NCBI GenBank assembly: GCA_965222375.1 | Contig: CBDCTZ010000016.1 | Location: 2,400,001 to 2,464,000 of the forward strand | Length of the DNA stretch: 64,000 bases | Origin: Polyangiaceae bacterium | Lineage (GTDB): Bacteria; Myxococcota_A; Polyangia; Polyangiales; Polyangiaceae | Reading direction: 5' to 3' | Part shown: one piece after another, positions 1 through 9,901 of the stretch | Position numbering within the stretch: position 1 is the stretch's first letter | How the letters are laid out: each line of letters starts with the position of its first letter | The notes under the pieces: model-generated | Told to the model about the DNA's origin: nothing | The model's database searches: none | The model's input: only the letters and a program-made list of their open reading frames with translations | Made by a program: the position numbers and the translations under genes

Positions 1-323
1 TCGGGCACCTGGACGTGCCCGTCACCAAGGGCACCAGCGGCGTGGTGGCGTTCACGGAAGCGGAGACGGGGCGGCAGAGCACGATCCGTCCGCAACCATG
101 TATCCGCTGCGCGAAGTGCCTGGAAGCTTGCCCGATGTTTCTCAATCCATCGGAGTTGGGCGTGCTTGCCGTAGCGGGCGAATACGAGCGCATGGGAGAC
201 CAGCTGTCGCTGTGGGACTGCTTTGAATGCGGCAGCTGCAGCTTCGTGTGCCCTTCCCACATCCCGCTCGTGCAGCACTTCCGGGTCGCCAAGGCGGAGC
301 TCCGCAAACGGGGAACATCCTGA
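1..323 (+). CDS. rnfC: Rnf electron transport complex subunit C (C-terminal part, truncated by window edge)
   Basis: Two ferredoxin motifs CIRCAKCLEACP and CFECGSCSFVCPSHIPLV, preceded by PVTKGTSG; lies directly upstream of rnfD/G/E/A. Confidence 0.9.
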   Translation, partial: GHLDVPVTKGTSGVVAFTEAETGRQSTIRPQPCIRCAKCLEACPMFLNPSELGVLAVAGEYERMGDQLSLWDCFECGSCSFVCPSHIPLVQHFRVAKAELRKRGTS

Positions 324-2158
324 TGGCAGTGCCGGGCAAGACCCTCGAGATCCAATCCTCTCCGCATGTCATCGGCGACAACAGCGTCGCGAGAATCATG
401 TGGCACGTGGCGGCGGCCCTCGCGCCGGTCACGGTGTTCGCGGTGATCTCCTTCGGCCTCACCGGGCTGATTACCCTACTGGGTGCTGTAGGGGCCTGCG
501 TCGCCACCGAGCACCTGTTGACGCGCAACACGGAGGGCGGGAGCACGATCGGAGACGGCTCCGGGTTCGTGACGGGGCTGCTCTACGGCTTGATACTTCC
601 GCCGGCTCTGCCGCTGTGGATCGTGTGTGTGGGCGGGGTGATCTGCATCTGGCTGGGCAAGTGGTTCTTCGGCGGGTTGGGCGCCAACTCGTTCAACCCA
701 GCGTTGGTCGGCCGCGCCGTGCTGCAGGCCGCGTTCCCAATCCCCATGACGAGCTGGTACGCGTCCTTCGCCGGCGATCGCTTCACCCACGTGGCGCAGT
801 CGGTGTACACGCCGCCGCTGACGGCCCCGCCGGAGGTGGACATCATCTCGGCGGCGACGCCCCTGTCAGCCTGGAAGTTCGACGGGCAGGCCACACAGGT
901 GTCCGATCTACTCCTGGGCACGACCACCGGGTCGTCCGGCGAGACCAGCGCGGTGTTGATCCTGGCTGGAGGCGCGTGGCTTCTGTACCGCAAGCTGATC
1001 AACTGGCGCACGCCGGTGGCCATTCTGGGCACCGCTGCGTTGCTTGCCGCCATCTTCCACTTGGTGGATCCGACTCGGTACCCCACGCCGCAGTTCGTGC
1101 TGCTGTCGGGCGGATTGATGATCGGCGCGGTGTTCATGGCCACGGATGGGGTGGGATCGCCGCTGACCAATCGGGGCTGCGTGATAGTGGGTGCCCTGAT
1201 CGCGATGCTCACGATCGCGATCCGATATTGGGGCGGCATGCCCGAAGGGGTGATGTACGCGCTGCTCTTGGGCAACGCCGCGTCGCCACACATCGACGCG
1301 CTGATCCAGCCAAAGGTTTTCGGCGCGCGGGGTCGCAAGGCCCCAGAACTCAAGCCGGCGCCGGCCAAAGCGCTCGCCGAAAAAGCCGAGGCCAAAACGG
1401 CGGACGCCAAGCGGGCGGAGTCGGACGATGGCGAGTCCGCAGCGGCGGACAGCCTCGCTGCGGGCGCCACGGCCTTCGAGGCGCCCGCTCCGCCCAAGGC
1501 GTGGCCGATGTACCGAGCACTGGTGGGTGTGGGGCTGCTCTGCGGTCTACTGATTGTGGGCGTGTTCACGTACACGCGGCCCATCATCGAAACGAACCGC
1601 GCCGAGGCGCTGCAGGCCGCGATCTTTCGGGTGCTGCCGGGAGCCAAGAGCAGCCAAACCTACGAGCTGCTGCCCAGTGGAAGTTTCGCATCCCTGGACA
1701 AAGGCAAGAAGGCCACCGATGTGGTCCACGCGGGGTTCGGAGAGGACGGCAAGCTGGTGGGCGTGGCACTCGAGGCGAGCGGCATGGGCTACCAAGACAT
1801 CGTGTCCGTGCTGGTGGGTTACGCGCCGGACAAAGATGCCATCGTGGGCATGGAGGTGCTGACCAGCCGAGAGACACCGGGGATCGGCGACCGGGTCGAG
1901 AAAGAAGCCGCGTACCTGAGCAACTTCGAGAAGCTGGACGTGAAGCTGAGCGACGACGGTAGCAAGTTGGCGCACCCCATCGAAGTGGTGAAGCCCGGTG
2001 AGAAGACCAGCCCCTGGCAGGTGGACACCATTTCGGGTGCCACCATCACCTCCAAGGCAATAGGCAAGATGATCGGGCGCAGCGCAGAGCGGTGGGTTCC
2101 GAAGGTCAAGAAGTCGGCCGCGAGCTTCCAGTCGGCGGCCGCGGGAGAGTCCAAATGA
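323..2158 (+). CDS. rnfD: Fused Rnf subunits D and G (RnfD membrane domain + Ala/Lys linker + RnfG FMN-binding domain)
   Basis: ATG at 323 overlaps the rnfC stop (TGATG). RnfD motifs SSPH, FGGLGANSFNPALVGR, SAAT (FMN-Thr), GSSGETS, FMATD; then a TM helix and RnfG motifs ETPGIG, DTISGATITS. No internal stop. Confidence 0.88.
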   Translation: MAVPGKTLEIQSSPHVIGDNSVARIMWHVAAALAPVTVFAVISFGLTGLITLLGAVGACVATEHLLTRNTEGGSTIGDGSGFVTGLLYGLILPPALPLWIVCVGGVICIWLGKWFFGGLGANSFNPALVGRAVLQAAFPIPMTSWYASFAGDRFTHVAQSVYTPPLTAPPEVDIISAATPLSAWKFDGQATQVSDLLLGTTTGSSGETSAVLILAGGAWLLYRKLINWRTPVAILGTAALLAAIFHLVDPTRYPTPQFVLLSGGLMIGAVFMATDGVGSPLTNRGCVIVGALIAMLTIAIRYWGGMPEGVMYALLLGNAASPHIDALIQPKVFGARGRKAPELKPAPAKALAEKAEAKTADAKRAESDDGESAAADSLAAGATAFEAPAPPKAWPMYRALVGVGLLCGLLIVGVFTYTRPIIETNRAEALQAAIFRVLPGAKSSQTYELLPSGSFASLDKGKKATDVVHAGFGEDGKLVGVALEASGMGYQDIVSVLVGYAPDKDAIVGMEVLTSRETPGIGDRVEKEAAYLSNFEKLDVKLSDDGSKLAHPIEVVKPGEKTSPWQVDTISGATITSKAIGKMIGRSAERWVPKVKKSAASFQSAAAGESK

Positions 2159-2820
2159 GTGACGCCGAGGCGCAGACGCCGAGCACGGACGAGTTCATCA
2201 AAGGCTTGTGGCGTGACAATCCGGTCTTCGTGCAGCTGCTCGGGATGTGCCCGGTGCTGGCGGTGACCAACACGGCCATCAACGGTCTGGCGATGGGGCT
2301 GGCCAGCATGGGCGTGCTGCTGGGCTCGAACACGGTAGTGTCGCTTCTGCGCCACTTCATCCCCAAGCAGGTCCGGATCGTGACCTACATCCTGATCATC
2401 GCGACCTTCGTGACCGTGGTGGACTACACGATCGCCGCGATCAGCCTGCCCCTGCACAATGCGCTAGGCGCCTTCATCGCGCTGATCGTGGTCAACTGCT
2501 TGATCTTGGGTCGGGCGGAGGCCTTCGCCTCCAAGAACACATTGGGTCGGTCGGTGCTGGACGCCCTCGGAATGGGCGTGGGTTTCACCATCGCGCTGCT
2601 CTGCCTGGGCGGCGTACGCGAGCTGCTCGGCAGCGGTTCGCTGTTCGGGGTCTCCCTCGTGCACAAGGGCTTCCAACCCTGGGTGATCATGGTCCTGCCC
2701 AGCGGCGGCTTCTTCACCTTGGCGGGCTGGCTGGCGCTGTTCAATTGGCGCAAGGAGCGCCAAGAGCGCAAAGAGCGCAAACAGGCATCGCCGAAACCAG
2801 CGCAGGAGGTGCCCGCATGA
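2155..2820 (+). CDS. rnfE: Rnf subunit E
   Basis: NPVFVQLLGMCPVLAVT, LIVVNCLILGRAEAFA, GGVRELLG motifs; ATGA overlap with the upstream stop. Confidence 0.92.
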   Translation: MSDAEAQTPSTDEFIKGLWRDNPVFVQLLGMCPVLAVTNTAINGLAMGLASMGVLLGSNTVVSLLRHFIPKQVRIVTYILIIATFVTVVDYTIAAISLPLHNALGAFIALIVVNCLILGRAEAFASKNTLGRSVLDALGMGVGFTIALLCLGGVRELLGSGSLFGVSLVHKGFQPWVIMVLPSGGFFTLAGWLALFNWRKERQERKERKQASPKPAQEVPA

Positions 2821-3398
2821 ATGATGAAGCGCTCTGGCAAACGTTCCTCAACGCGTGCCTGATCAACAACTTCGTGCTGGCCTACTTCCTGGGGATCTGC
2901 CCCTTCTTGGGCGTGAGCGCCAAGATGGAGACAGCCACCCGCATGGGCGGCGCGGTGATCTTCGTGATGCTGGTGGCCTCCACTGCCGCTTTCGGAATCA
3001 ATCACCTGCTGGTTGCCATCGACGCGCCCTATCTGCAGCTGCTCAGCTTCATCGCCGTGATCGCGTCCACGGTTCAGTTGGTGGAGATGTTCATCAAGAA
3101 GGTCAGCCCCACGCTGTTCCGCGCCCTGGGCATCTTCTTACCGCTGATCACCACCAACTGCGCCATCTTGGGCCTGGCGCTCTTCCAGACCCAGAAGGGC
3201 TACGATCTGATCCACTGTGTGGCCTACGCACTCGGCGCGGGCGTGGGCTTCACCTTGGCCCTGGTTCTGCTAGCGGGGATCCGCGAGCGCGTGCCGCTTC
3301 ACAAGCCACCCGCCATCGCCAAGGGCGCGGCCATCACCTTGGCCGTCGCCGGCATCTTGAGCGTGACCTTCATGGGCTTCGCCGGGTTGGGGGGCTAG
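2817..3398 (+). CDS. rnfA: Rnf subunit A
   Basis: NNFVLAYFLGICPFLGVS, VQLVEM, LGIFLPLITTNCAILG motifs; ATGA overlap; RBS GGAGG. Confidence 0.92.
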   Translation: MNDEALWQTFLNACLINNFVLAYFLGICPFLGVSAKMETATRMGGAVIFVMLVASTAAFGINHLLVAIDAPYLQLLSFIAVIASTVQLVEMFIKKVSPTLFRALGIFLPLITTNCAILGLALFQTQKGYDLIHCVAYALGAGVGFTLALVLLAGIRERVPLHKPPAIAKGAAITLAVAGILSVTFMGFAGLGG

Positions 3399-3429
3399 CC
3401 GATATGTGGGCTAAGATGAGGAGCGCGCA

Positions 3430-3666
3430 GTGGTCTGGATAGTCCTCAAAGCGGTGCTGCTGGTCACCGGCTTGCTGGTCGCCATGGCCAGCGTCGACTT
3501 GCTGTGGCGCCGCACGATGGGCAAGTGCGCCGGCGGCAAGGTCGGCGGCTGCGGCACGGGCTGTATGTGCGTGCGCCGCTTTCAGGACGAGGGACCGTCC
3601 GAGCAGGACGCGCCGATCGTCCTGGGCACCCGCCGCCCGGACGAAGGCCAAAACGCCTCGCGTTGA
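3430..3666 (+). CDS. Small single-pass membrane protein with Cys cluster (NqrM-like architecture)
   Basis: GAGGAG RBS before GTG; hydrophobic helix followed by GKCAGGKVGGCGTGCMC; last gene of the rnf run. Confidence 0.55.
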   Translation: MVWIVLKAVLLVTGLLVAMASVDLLWRRTMGKCAGGKVGGCGTGCMCVRRFQDEGPSEQDAPIVLGTRRPDEGQNASR

Positions 3667-3832
3667 TCAAGTGCACCCTGCAAGAAGGCAACGGACTTCC
3701 GGCTATGGGTTTGGTTTGGGATTGAGTCGTATTTGGCGCTCCCCGTGGACTGCGCGGTCCTCGGTTTTCCCCAGCACCTGGACGAGCTTCGGACGGAACG
3801 CTGCGTTTCGGGCGGCGCGCCGCGAGTCCGTT

Positions 3833-4624
3833 CTAGTTGCAGGGTGCGGCGCCTGCGGCGTGGAGGCAGTGAATGCTGTTTGGGTCTGGAACCGTCACCA
3901 AGCCGAGGTGAGTTTCGACGCAGGTCTGACGCGTCGCGATGTAGCCGTCGTACTTCGTGACACAGTCCTTGGTGTTGGCGTAGTGCCCGCTCTTCCCAAA
4001 GCTGCATTGGGCTTCGTACTTCGCGCAGAAGGTGGCCGCTGCAGAGCTGCCGCCGGTGCCGCCCGTGTTGGCGCCGCCGGTACCACCACTGCTCGCGCCC
4101 CCGGAACTCGCGCCACCAGAGCTCGCGCCGCCGGTACCACCACTGCTCGCGCCGCCGGTATTCGCGCCGCCGGTCCCACCGCTGCTAGCGCCGCCGGTGT
4201 TGGCGCCGCCAGTACCACCGCTGCTCGCGCCGCCCGTGGATCCGGCGCTGCCCCCGGAGCTCGATCCCGCGGTGCCGCCTGTGGACCCGGCGCTGCCGCC
4301 GGAGCTCGATCCCGCAGTGCCGCCTGAGCTGCTGCCGGCGGAGCCAGCGCTGCCGGCGGAGCCAGCGCTGCCGGCGGAGCCAGCGCTGCCGCCTGAGCTC
4401 GAGCCCGCGGTGCCACCGGAGCTGCTTCCCGCGCTGCCACCGGAACTCGTGCCACCGGAGCTCGTGCCGCCGGAGCTGGTGCCGCCGGAGCTGGTGCCGC
4501 CGGAGCTGGTGCCGCCCGCCCCCCCGGTCGCCGAACTCCCGCCAGTGTCGTCATCACTCCCGCATCCGACAGCTGCGATGCTGCAAAACCCCAACGCGAT
4601 CACCCACGAGTGTTTGAAAGCCAT
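3833..4624 (-). CDS. Lipoprotein with long Gly/Ser/Thr linker and C-terminal Cys/His-rich domain
   Basis: Signal peptide with lipobox AAVGC, GGTSS/GSA repeats, C-terminal C..C..C..CVETH..HCLHA..C. Confidence 0.75.
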   Translation of the reverse strand: MAFKHSWVIALGFCSIAAVGCGSDDDTGGSSATGGAGGTSSGGTSSGGTSSGGTSSGGTSSGGSAGSSSGGTAGSSSGGSAGSAGSAGSAGSAGSAGSSSGGTAGSSSGGSAGSTGGTAGSSSGGSAGSTGGASSGGTGGANTGGASSGGTGGANTGGASSGGTGGASSGGASSGGASSGGTGGANTGGTGGSSAAATFCAKYEAQCSFGKSGHYANTKDCVTKYDGYIATRQTCVETHLGLVTVPDPNSIHCLHAAGAAPCN

Positions 4625-4881
4625 GCGCGCGATAGTAGCGCAAATCCGAGGCTTGGCCGCCGCCATATCCGAGGACGCGGTTGTGGCGCCGAAGCCACGG
4701 GCCGAGGCGGGTGATTCATTCACAACGGCTTCCTCGTCGTATTGGGAACACACCTTGGGCCGCGACCCACCCCTGTCGCGGGCTGCACAGGGAGCACCAA
4801 ATACGACTCAAACCCAACCAGGAAGTGCTGAAGACCGCGCCTCACCGCATGGGTTGCCGATGAATCGGCGGCATTTGGCGC

Positions 4882-4887
4882 TATGCT
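4882..4887 (+). promoter_or_regulatory. Putative -10 element (TATGCT) 6 nt before the start codon; example of a recurring leaderless-type motif
   Basis: The same (GC)TAnnnT at 5-8 nt spacing occurs before about ten genes in the window. Confidence 0.5.
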
Positions 4888-4893
4888 CGGGCC

Positions 4894-6438
4894 ATGGTGC
4901 AGAGCCAAGGCGCTCCCATGGGGCCCGGCACAGTGCTGGGCGGCGACTTCGAGGTGGAGCGCCCCCTTGGCGTGGGCGGCATGGGCTCGGTCTATGTGGC
5001 AAAGCAGCTGTCCACGGGAAAACTCCGGGCGGTCAAGGTGATGCACCCGTCACTGGTCACCTCGCCGGACATGCGGGAGCGCTTCGTGCAGGAAGCGCGC
5101 ATCGGGTCGCTGATCGCCAGTGATCATGTCGTCGAAGTGGTCGGTGCGGGCGTCGACACGGGCACGGGCGTGCCCTGGCTCGCGATGGAGCTGCTGAACG
5201 GCGAGGACTTGAACCAGTACGTGGCGCGCTGCGGCAGGCTTTCGACCGAGGACCTCCCGCGGATCATGCGTCCTGTGTTTCATGCACTGTCCGCGGCGCA
5301 CCAACAGGGCATCGTGCACCGCGACATCAAGCCCGACAATATCTTCCTCGCGACGGCGCAAAGCACGACGGCAGCGATGACCGTCAAGGTGCTCGACTTC
5401 GGTATCGCGAAAGTCGCCGCTCAAGCCCTTGATGCCGGGACGAGTGCCATGGGCACGCCGCTTTGGATGGCACCCGAGCAAACCGAACAACGAGCGCACG
5501 TATCGCCGGCGACGGATGTGTGGGCGCTTGGGCTGGTGGTGTTCTGGTGTTTGACGGGGCGTAACTTCTGGCGAACGGCGGCGACCGGGACTGGCTCGGT
5601 GCCTCAGCTGATGCGAGAAGTGTTGTTCGAGCCCATGGGGCCCGCGTCTCCTCGGGCCCAGGAGCTGGCGCCGGGCCTTTCGCTGCCGCCGGGCTTCGAC
5701 GCCTGGTTTGCCAAGTGCACCGCGCGAGATCCGAAGCAGCGCTACCCAGACGCCAGCGCTGCGGGAGTCGAGCTGTTCACGAACGTACTGGGCGTCAGCG
5801 CGAGCACGACCGCGGCCAGTGCGCCGATGACCTTGCCATCCACTTCTCGCGCCTCGGTGCCTAGCGCCGCGCCCCTTGCACCAGCGCCGTCGGCCGCGAC
5901 CATCACCGCAGCGCCGGTAACCAGCACTCGCAGCCCCAATTCGGGCAAGGTGGCTCTGCTGATTGTTGGTGTCGTCGGCGTACTCCTGCTCGGTTTTGTC
6001 GCGATTGTCGGCCTCGGCGGTGTGGTGTGGTTCGGGACGAGCGAACGCGACACGCAGGTGACCGAAACGGGCCCTGTAGCTGCACCTCCCGCCGCCACAC
6101 CGTTGGAGCCACAAGCCGAACCACCGCCAGAGGAGCCCAGCTCACCCACGCAGCCGCACAGCGCGGGCGTTGATGAGGGCACAGAACACTCCAATCCCGC
6201 GACGGAGTCGCCCCGCTCTCGTCCCGACGCGGGTGCGAAGCCGCCGACGAAGCAGGCCGCCTACCGTGCAGGACAGAAAGTCGATGTGCAGTGGGGGGGC
6301 CAGTGGTGGCAGGGGCGCATCATCGCGGTCAAGAACGACAAGTTCTTGGTGCACTACATTGGCTGGTCGTCATCCTGGGATGAATGGGTGACGACGGCGC
6401 GGCTGCGCCCCTGGACTGGCTCGGCGAGGTCGAAGTAA
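4894..6438 (+). CDS. Membrane Ser/Thr protein kinase with C-terminal Tudor-knot/chromo-barrel-like domain
   Basis: GVGGMGSVY, AVK, HRDIKPDN, DFG, GTPLWMAPE, DVWALG; TM helix; Pro-rich linker; VHYIGWSSSWDEWV. Confidence 0.92.
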   Translation: MVQSQGAPMGPGTVLGGDFEVERPLGVGGMGSVYVAKQLSTGKLRAVKVMHPSLVTSPDMRERFVQEARIGSLIASDHVVEVVGAGVDTGTGVPWLAMELLNGEDLNQYVARCGRLSTEDLPRIMRPVFHALSAAHQQGIVHRDIKPDNIFLATAQSTTAAMTVKVLDFGIAKVAAQALDAGTSAMGTPLWMAPEQTEQRAHVSPATDVWALGLVVFWCLTGRNFWRTAATGTGSVPQLMREVLFEPMGPASPRAQELAPGLSLPPGFDAWFAKCTARDPKQRYPDASAAGVELFTNVLGVSASTTAASAPMTLPSTSRASVPSAAPLAPAPSAATITAAPVTSTRSPNSGKVALLIVGVVGVLLLGFVAIVGLGGVVWFGTSERDTQVTETGPVAAPPAATPLEPQAEPPPEEPSSPTQPHSAGVDEGTEHSNPATESPRSRPDAGAKPPTKQAAYRAGQKVDVQWGGQWWQGRIIAVKNDKFLVHYIGWSSSWDEWVTTARLRPWTGSARSK

Positions 6439-6462
6439 GTGCGCGGGTTGTGGTCGCGCCCC

Positions 6463-6912
6463 TCAACCCTCGACCAGATCCCGAACCACCCAAGCCGCGA
6501 CGGGTAGCGCCTTCTTGATCTCCGGCGACAGCTTCTTGGCCAGACGCTTGGGTTTGCGAATGCCGATGCCGACGATGTTCACGCGTCGGGACGGCGACGG
6601 GTGCAACTCTGCGGCCAGTCCGAGAGCCCGCGCAACTCCCACGCCGTGGCTGGAGATTGGCGGAGTCCCCGTGTCGAGGGTATCAGGGAAGAGCACGCGT
6701 ACCCGGCCTGGGTCCTTTTCGTCGAGGACTGCGTCGACGACGACGAGGTGCTCGACGCCGTCGGCCAATTCCACAATCTCCGCGGGATCGTGAACCTCCA
6801 CCAGCTCCACGTCTTCGGGCAGCTCTTCAGACTTGAGCAGCTCCAACACGGCGAGGCCTGCGCCGTCGTCGCCGGCAGCCCTTTGCCCTACTCCAACAAC
6901 ACGCGTGTTCAT
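6463..6912 (-). CDS. Hydrogenase maturation protease
   Basis: [25 protein letters not shown] motifs; overlaps the large-subunit stop. Confidence 0.88.
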   Translation of the reverse strand: MNTRVVGVGQRAAGDDGAGLAVLELLKSEELPEDVELVEVHDPAEIVELADGVEHLVVVDAVLDEKDPGRVRVLFPDTLDTGTPPISSHGVGVARALGLAAELHPSPSRRVNIVGIGIRKPKRLAKKLSPEIKKALPVAAWVVRDLVEG

Positions 6913-8207
6913 GTCGTTTCCTCCTGCTCGATGCGCACCTTCAAGAAATGCGTACTGCACGAGATGCACGGGTCGTAGTTGCGCACCGTTTGCTCAGCCA
7001 GCCAGGTGGCATCCGCGTGGGACATTTCAGCCAGCCGTGGTGCGATCTGGAACAAGTCCTCTTCTATGCTGGGTTGGTTCTGGGACGTGGGTGGGACGAT
7101 CTTCGCGTCGGTGATGGCGCCTTCTTCGTTCGTTGAGTAGCGGTGGTACAGCAGGCCGCGGGGTGCTTCGCTCGCACCGCGCCCAGTGGCTGCCGACATC
7201 GGCACGTCCTGACTTGCTGGGTCTGGAGATACGTATGCGTCGATGATCTCCAATGCCTCGTCCAGCGCCTGCACCGTCTCGACCAATCGCACGAGCAGGG
7301 ACTTGAACGGATTGGTGCAGGGAGGTTCGAGGTCCGCGATGCGAGCTGCCTGCTGAGCCCGAGGGCGCAGCCGATCGAAACAGAGGTTGAAGCGCGCTAG
7401 CGGGCCGCACAGATACGCGCCGCGCTCTTTGACCACCGAATGCAATGCCGTCGAGTGCTCGACGTGACGCTCTTCAAAGACCTCGTCGTACTCCTGCACG
7501 TCGATGTCGATGCCTCGATTCGAGATGACGCGCCCTTCGCAAAACGGGTACTCGGGCCGCTCCGGGCGCAGGCACACGAGCTCGTAGTCGCGCTCGAAGT
7601 CGCGGAAGTCGAAGCCTTTGGCCCAGGCGAGGGACTCCTCCATCGCGCCGAGGGACCAAGTCAGATCCGGAACCAGGGCTGACAGCTCTTCTCGCGTCGG
7701 GGCGCGATGGAACCCGCCGACGCGGACGTTGATGGGATGGATTTCGCGACCACCGACGGCGCGCACGATGGCATTACCGGCCTTTTTGGCACGCAGCGCA
7801 TCCCGGACGCGCTCCGGATGGTCTTGGGCCATCTTCAGCGCGTCCTGATAGCCCGCGAAGTCGGGGGCGTGCAGCATGAAGGCGTGCAGCACGTGGCTTT
7901 CGATCCATTCGCCGCAATACAGCAGCCGGCGCAGTAAGCGAATTGGCTCTGGCGTCGCGACCTGGAGCGCGTTTTCGATCGCTTGGCAGGCGCTCATCTG
8001 ATAGGCGACGGGACAAATCCCGCAGATGCGGGCGGTGATGTCCGGCGCCTCCAACACCGAGCGATCTCGAAGGAACCCCTCGAAGAAGCGCGGAGGCTCG
8101 AAGATGCGGAGCTCCACGCTCTTGGGCTTCTTGCCCGCAAAACGGATCGTCAGCCCCCCTTCACCTTCGACTCGTGCCAATGCGTCGACCTGAATCGTCC
8201 TAGCCAT
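6909..8207 (-). CDS. [NiFe]-hydrogenase large (alpha) subunit, group 3b/sulfhydrogenase type
   Basis: [17 protein letters not shown] (L1), [14 protein letters not shown] (L2) followed by a cleavable C-terminal extension. Confidence 0.95.
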   Translation of the reverse strand: MARTIQVDALARVEGEGGLTIRFAGKKPKSVELRIFEPPRFFEGFLRDRSVLEAPDITARICGICPVAYQMSACQAIENALQVATPEPIRLLRRLLYCGEWIESHVLHAFMLHAPDFAGYQDALKMAQDHPERVRDALRAKKAGNAIVRAVGGREIHPINVRVGGFHRAPTREELSALVPDLTWSLGAMEESLAWAKGFDFRDFERDYELVCLRPERPEYPFCEGRVISNRGIDIDVQEYDEVFEERHVEHSTALHSVVKERGAYLCGPLARFNLCFDRLRPRAQQAARIADLEPPCTNPFKSLLVRLVETVQALDEALEIIDAYVSPDPASQDVPMSAATGRGASEAPRGLLYHRYSTNEEGAITDAKIVPPTSQNQPSIEEDLFQIAPRLAEMSHADATWLAEQTVRNYDPCISCSTHFLKVRIEQEETT

Positions 8208-9003
8208 GGTCTCCCTCCTTGCGAGGAGTGGAGTAGCGAGCGGCGAAAGGCTCCGTAGCTACATTGAACAATCCGTACAACCGCCGCACGCTCTGGTCCG
8301 AGGTGCCCGCGGCACCCAACGCTTGTTCGAGCCCGGTGACGTTGGGTGACGCGGTAGGACCGAAACAACCGAAGCAACCCCGGGCGTAGCTCGGGCACAG
8401 CGCCTCGCAACCCGTGTGGGTGACCGGGCCCAAGCAAGGCTCACCTCGGGCGACCATCACGCACACCGTGCCACGGCGCTTACAGTCCAGGCATACCGAG
8501 TGCTCGGGCAGACGAATGCGATTTTCGTGCAAGGCGGCCGTGATCACTTCCAGCAATTGCCCTTTGTCGATGGGGCAACCCCGCAGTTCGAAGTCGACCT
8601 TGACGTGGGCGGATACCGGCGTCGATGTATCCAGGGTGCGGATGAAGTCGGGTTGCGCGTAGACGACGCGGGTGTACTCCTTCACATCCGCGAAGTTGCG
8701 CAGTGCTTGAATGCCACCAGCCGTGGCGCAGGCACCGATCGTGACGAGCATCTTGCTCTTCTGCCGGATTTCACGAATGCGCTCGATGTCGTGGGCCGTG
8801 GTCAGCGAGCCTTCCACGAGGGTGAGATCGTAAGGCCCTCGCATCGTCGCCCGTGTCGCTTCCAGGAAGTAGGCAATGTCCACGGCTCCCGCCACGGCGA
8901 GCAGTTCGTCTTCGCAGTCCAGGAGGCTCAGCTGACAGCCGTCGCAGGACGCCAGCTTGAACACGGCGAGCTTCTTCTTTCGCTTTTTCTTTCGCGTGGC
9001 CAT
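8200..9003 (-). CDS. [NiFe]-hydrogenase small (delta) subunit
   Basis: [50 protein letters not shown]. Confidence 0.93.
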   Translation of the reverse strand: MATRKKKRKKKLAVFKLASCDGCQLSLLDCEDELLAVAGAVDIAYFLEATRATMRGPYDLTLVEGSLTTAHDIERIREIRQKSKMLVTIGACATAGGIQALRNFADVKEYTRVVYAQPDFIRTLDTSTPVSAHVKVDFELRGCPIDKGQLLEVITAALHENRIRLPEHSVCLDCKRRGTVCVMVARGEPCLGPVTHTGCEALCPSYARGCFGCFGPTASPNVTGLEQALGAAGTSDQSVRRLYGLFNVATEPFAARYSTPRKEGDHG

Positions 9004-9004
9004 G

Positions 9005-9901
9005 TCAAAGCTCCCGGATTGCCAGCAACTCCGCAACGTCGTTCCAACGAAATACGGGCCCGTCCTTGCAGATGAACAGTCGTCCTAATTGGCAGTGCCC
9101 ACAGGTGCCGACGCTGCAGTGCATGTTGCGCTCGAGGGAGACCCAAGTGTCTCGCGGGTCCATGCCGAGGCGAATTAGCTCTCGCACTGCGAAACGCATC
9201 ATGATCTCGGGCCCACACAGCATCGCGACGGCATGGCCTGGGTCGAAGTCCGCGCGCTCGAGCAGCTTGGTGACGACCCCTGCGTTGCCCAACCAGTCCG
9301 CGTCGGGACGATCCACGGTCACCAACACCTGGAAGTCGAAGCGAGCGCGCCAGCGCGCTATTTCTTTCAAGTACAGGACGTCTTGGGGGGATCGTGCTCC
9401 GTAGGCGATGACGACGCGCCCGAAATCGCGACGCTTGCGGAGCAAGTGCATCACGACCGGGCGAAGCGGGGCCAAGCCGATGCCGCCAGCCACGAGCACG
9501 ACGTCCCGGCCGCGGGCGTCGCGCACAGGCCAAGGCGTGCCATAGGGACCACGCACGCCGAGCTCACTGCCGCGCCGCAGCTCCCCCAGCTTGTCCGTGA
9601 CGCTGCCCACCTCGCGAATCGTGTGCCAGAGGAACATCGGGCGCGCGGGATCACCCGATATGCTGATGGGTACCTCTCCGACGCCAGGCAGGTACAGCAT
9701 GTTGAACTGTCCAGGCTCGAAGAAGAAACCGCCGCGCTCGGCGGCGTTCAGCGCGATGGTGAACGTGTCGTAGGTGTCGCGGCGGAACTTGGAGACCTTC
9801 AGGACCTCCGGGAGCATGGGCTCGACGACGGCTAGGGACGTCGGCGCCGGGATGGACTGTGGGTTGCGCGGCGCCGGGATGGACTGTGGGTTGCGCGTCA
9901 C
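9005..9901 (-). CDS. Sulfhydrogenase gamma-type FAD/NAD(P)-binding subunit
   Basis: [58 protein letters not shown] ([2Fe-2S]). Confidence 0.92.
   Translation of the reverse strand: MTRNPQSIPAPRNPQSIPAPTSLAVVEPMLPEVLKVSKFRRDTYDTFTIALNAAERGGFFFEPGQFNMLYLPGVGEVPISISGDPARPMFLWHTIREVGSVTDKLGELRRGSELGVRGPYGTPWPVRDARGRDVVLVAGGIGLAPLRPVVMHLLRKRRDFGRVVIAYGARSPQDVLYLKEIARWRARFDFQVLVTVDRPDADWLGNAGVVTKLLERADFDPGHAVAMLCGPEIMMRFAVRELIRLGMDPRDTWVSLERNMHCSVGTCGHCQLGRLFICKDGPVFRWNDVAELLAIREL
9842..9895. repeat. Perfect 27-bp tandem duplication in the 5' end of the gamma subunit gene
   Basis: cggcgccgggatggactgtgggttgcg x2, encoding RNPQSIPAP twice on the minus strand. Confidence 0.9.

Noticed and set aside
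223..1962. 579-aa alternative-frame ORF over rnfD and many other Arg/Ala-rich overlapping ORFs
   Set aside because: Expected stop-poor frames in high-GC DNA; no motifs; overlap confident genes
4032..5123. Long Pro-rich ORF (PPELV repeats) and similar ones at 28549-29256, 41873-42811, 57014-57706
   Set aside because: Antisense shadows of Gly-rich lipoprotein linkers
6909..8207. [NiFeSe] hydrogenase / selenocysteine recoding
   Set aside because: The L2 motif DPCISC uses Cys codons; no in-frame TGA
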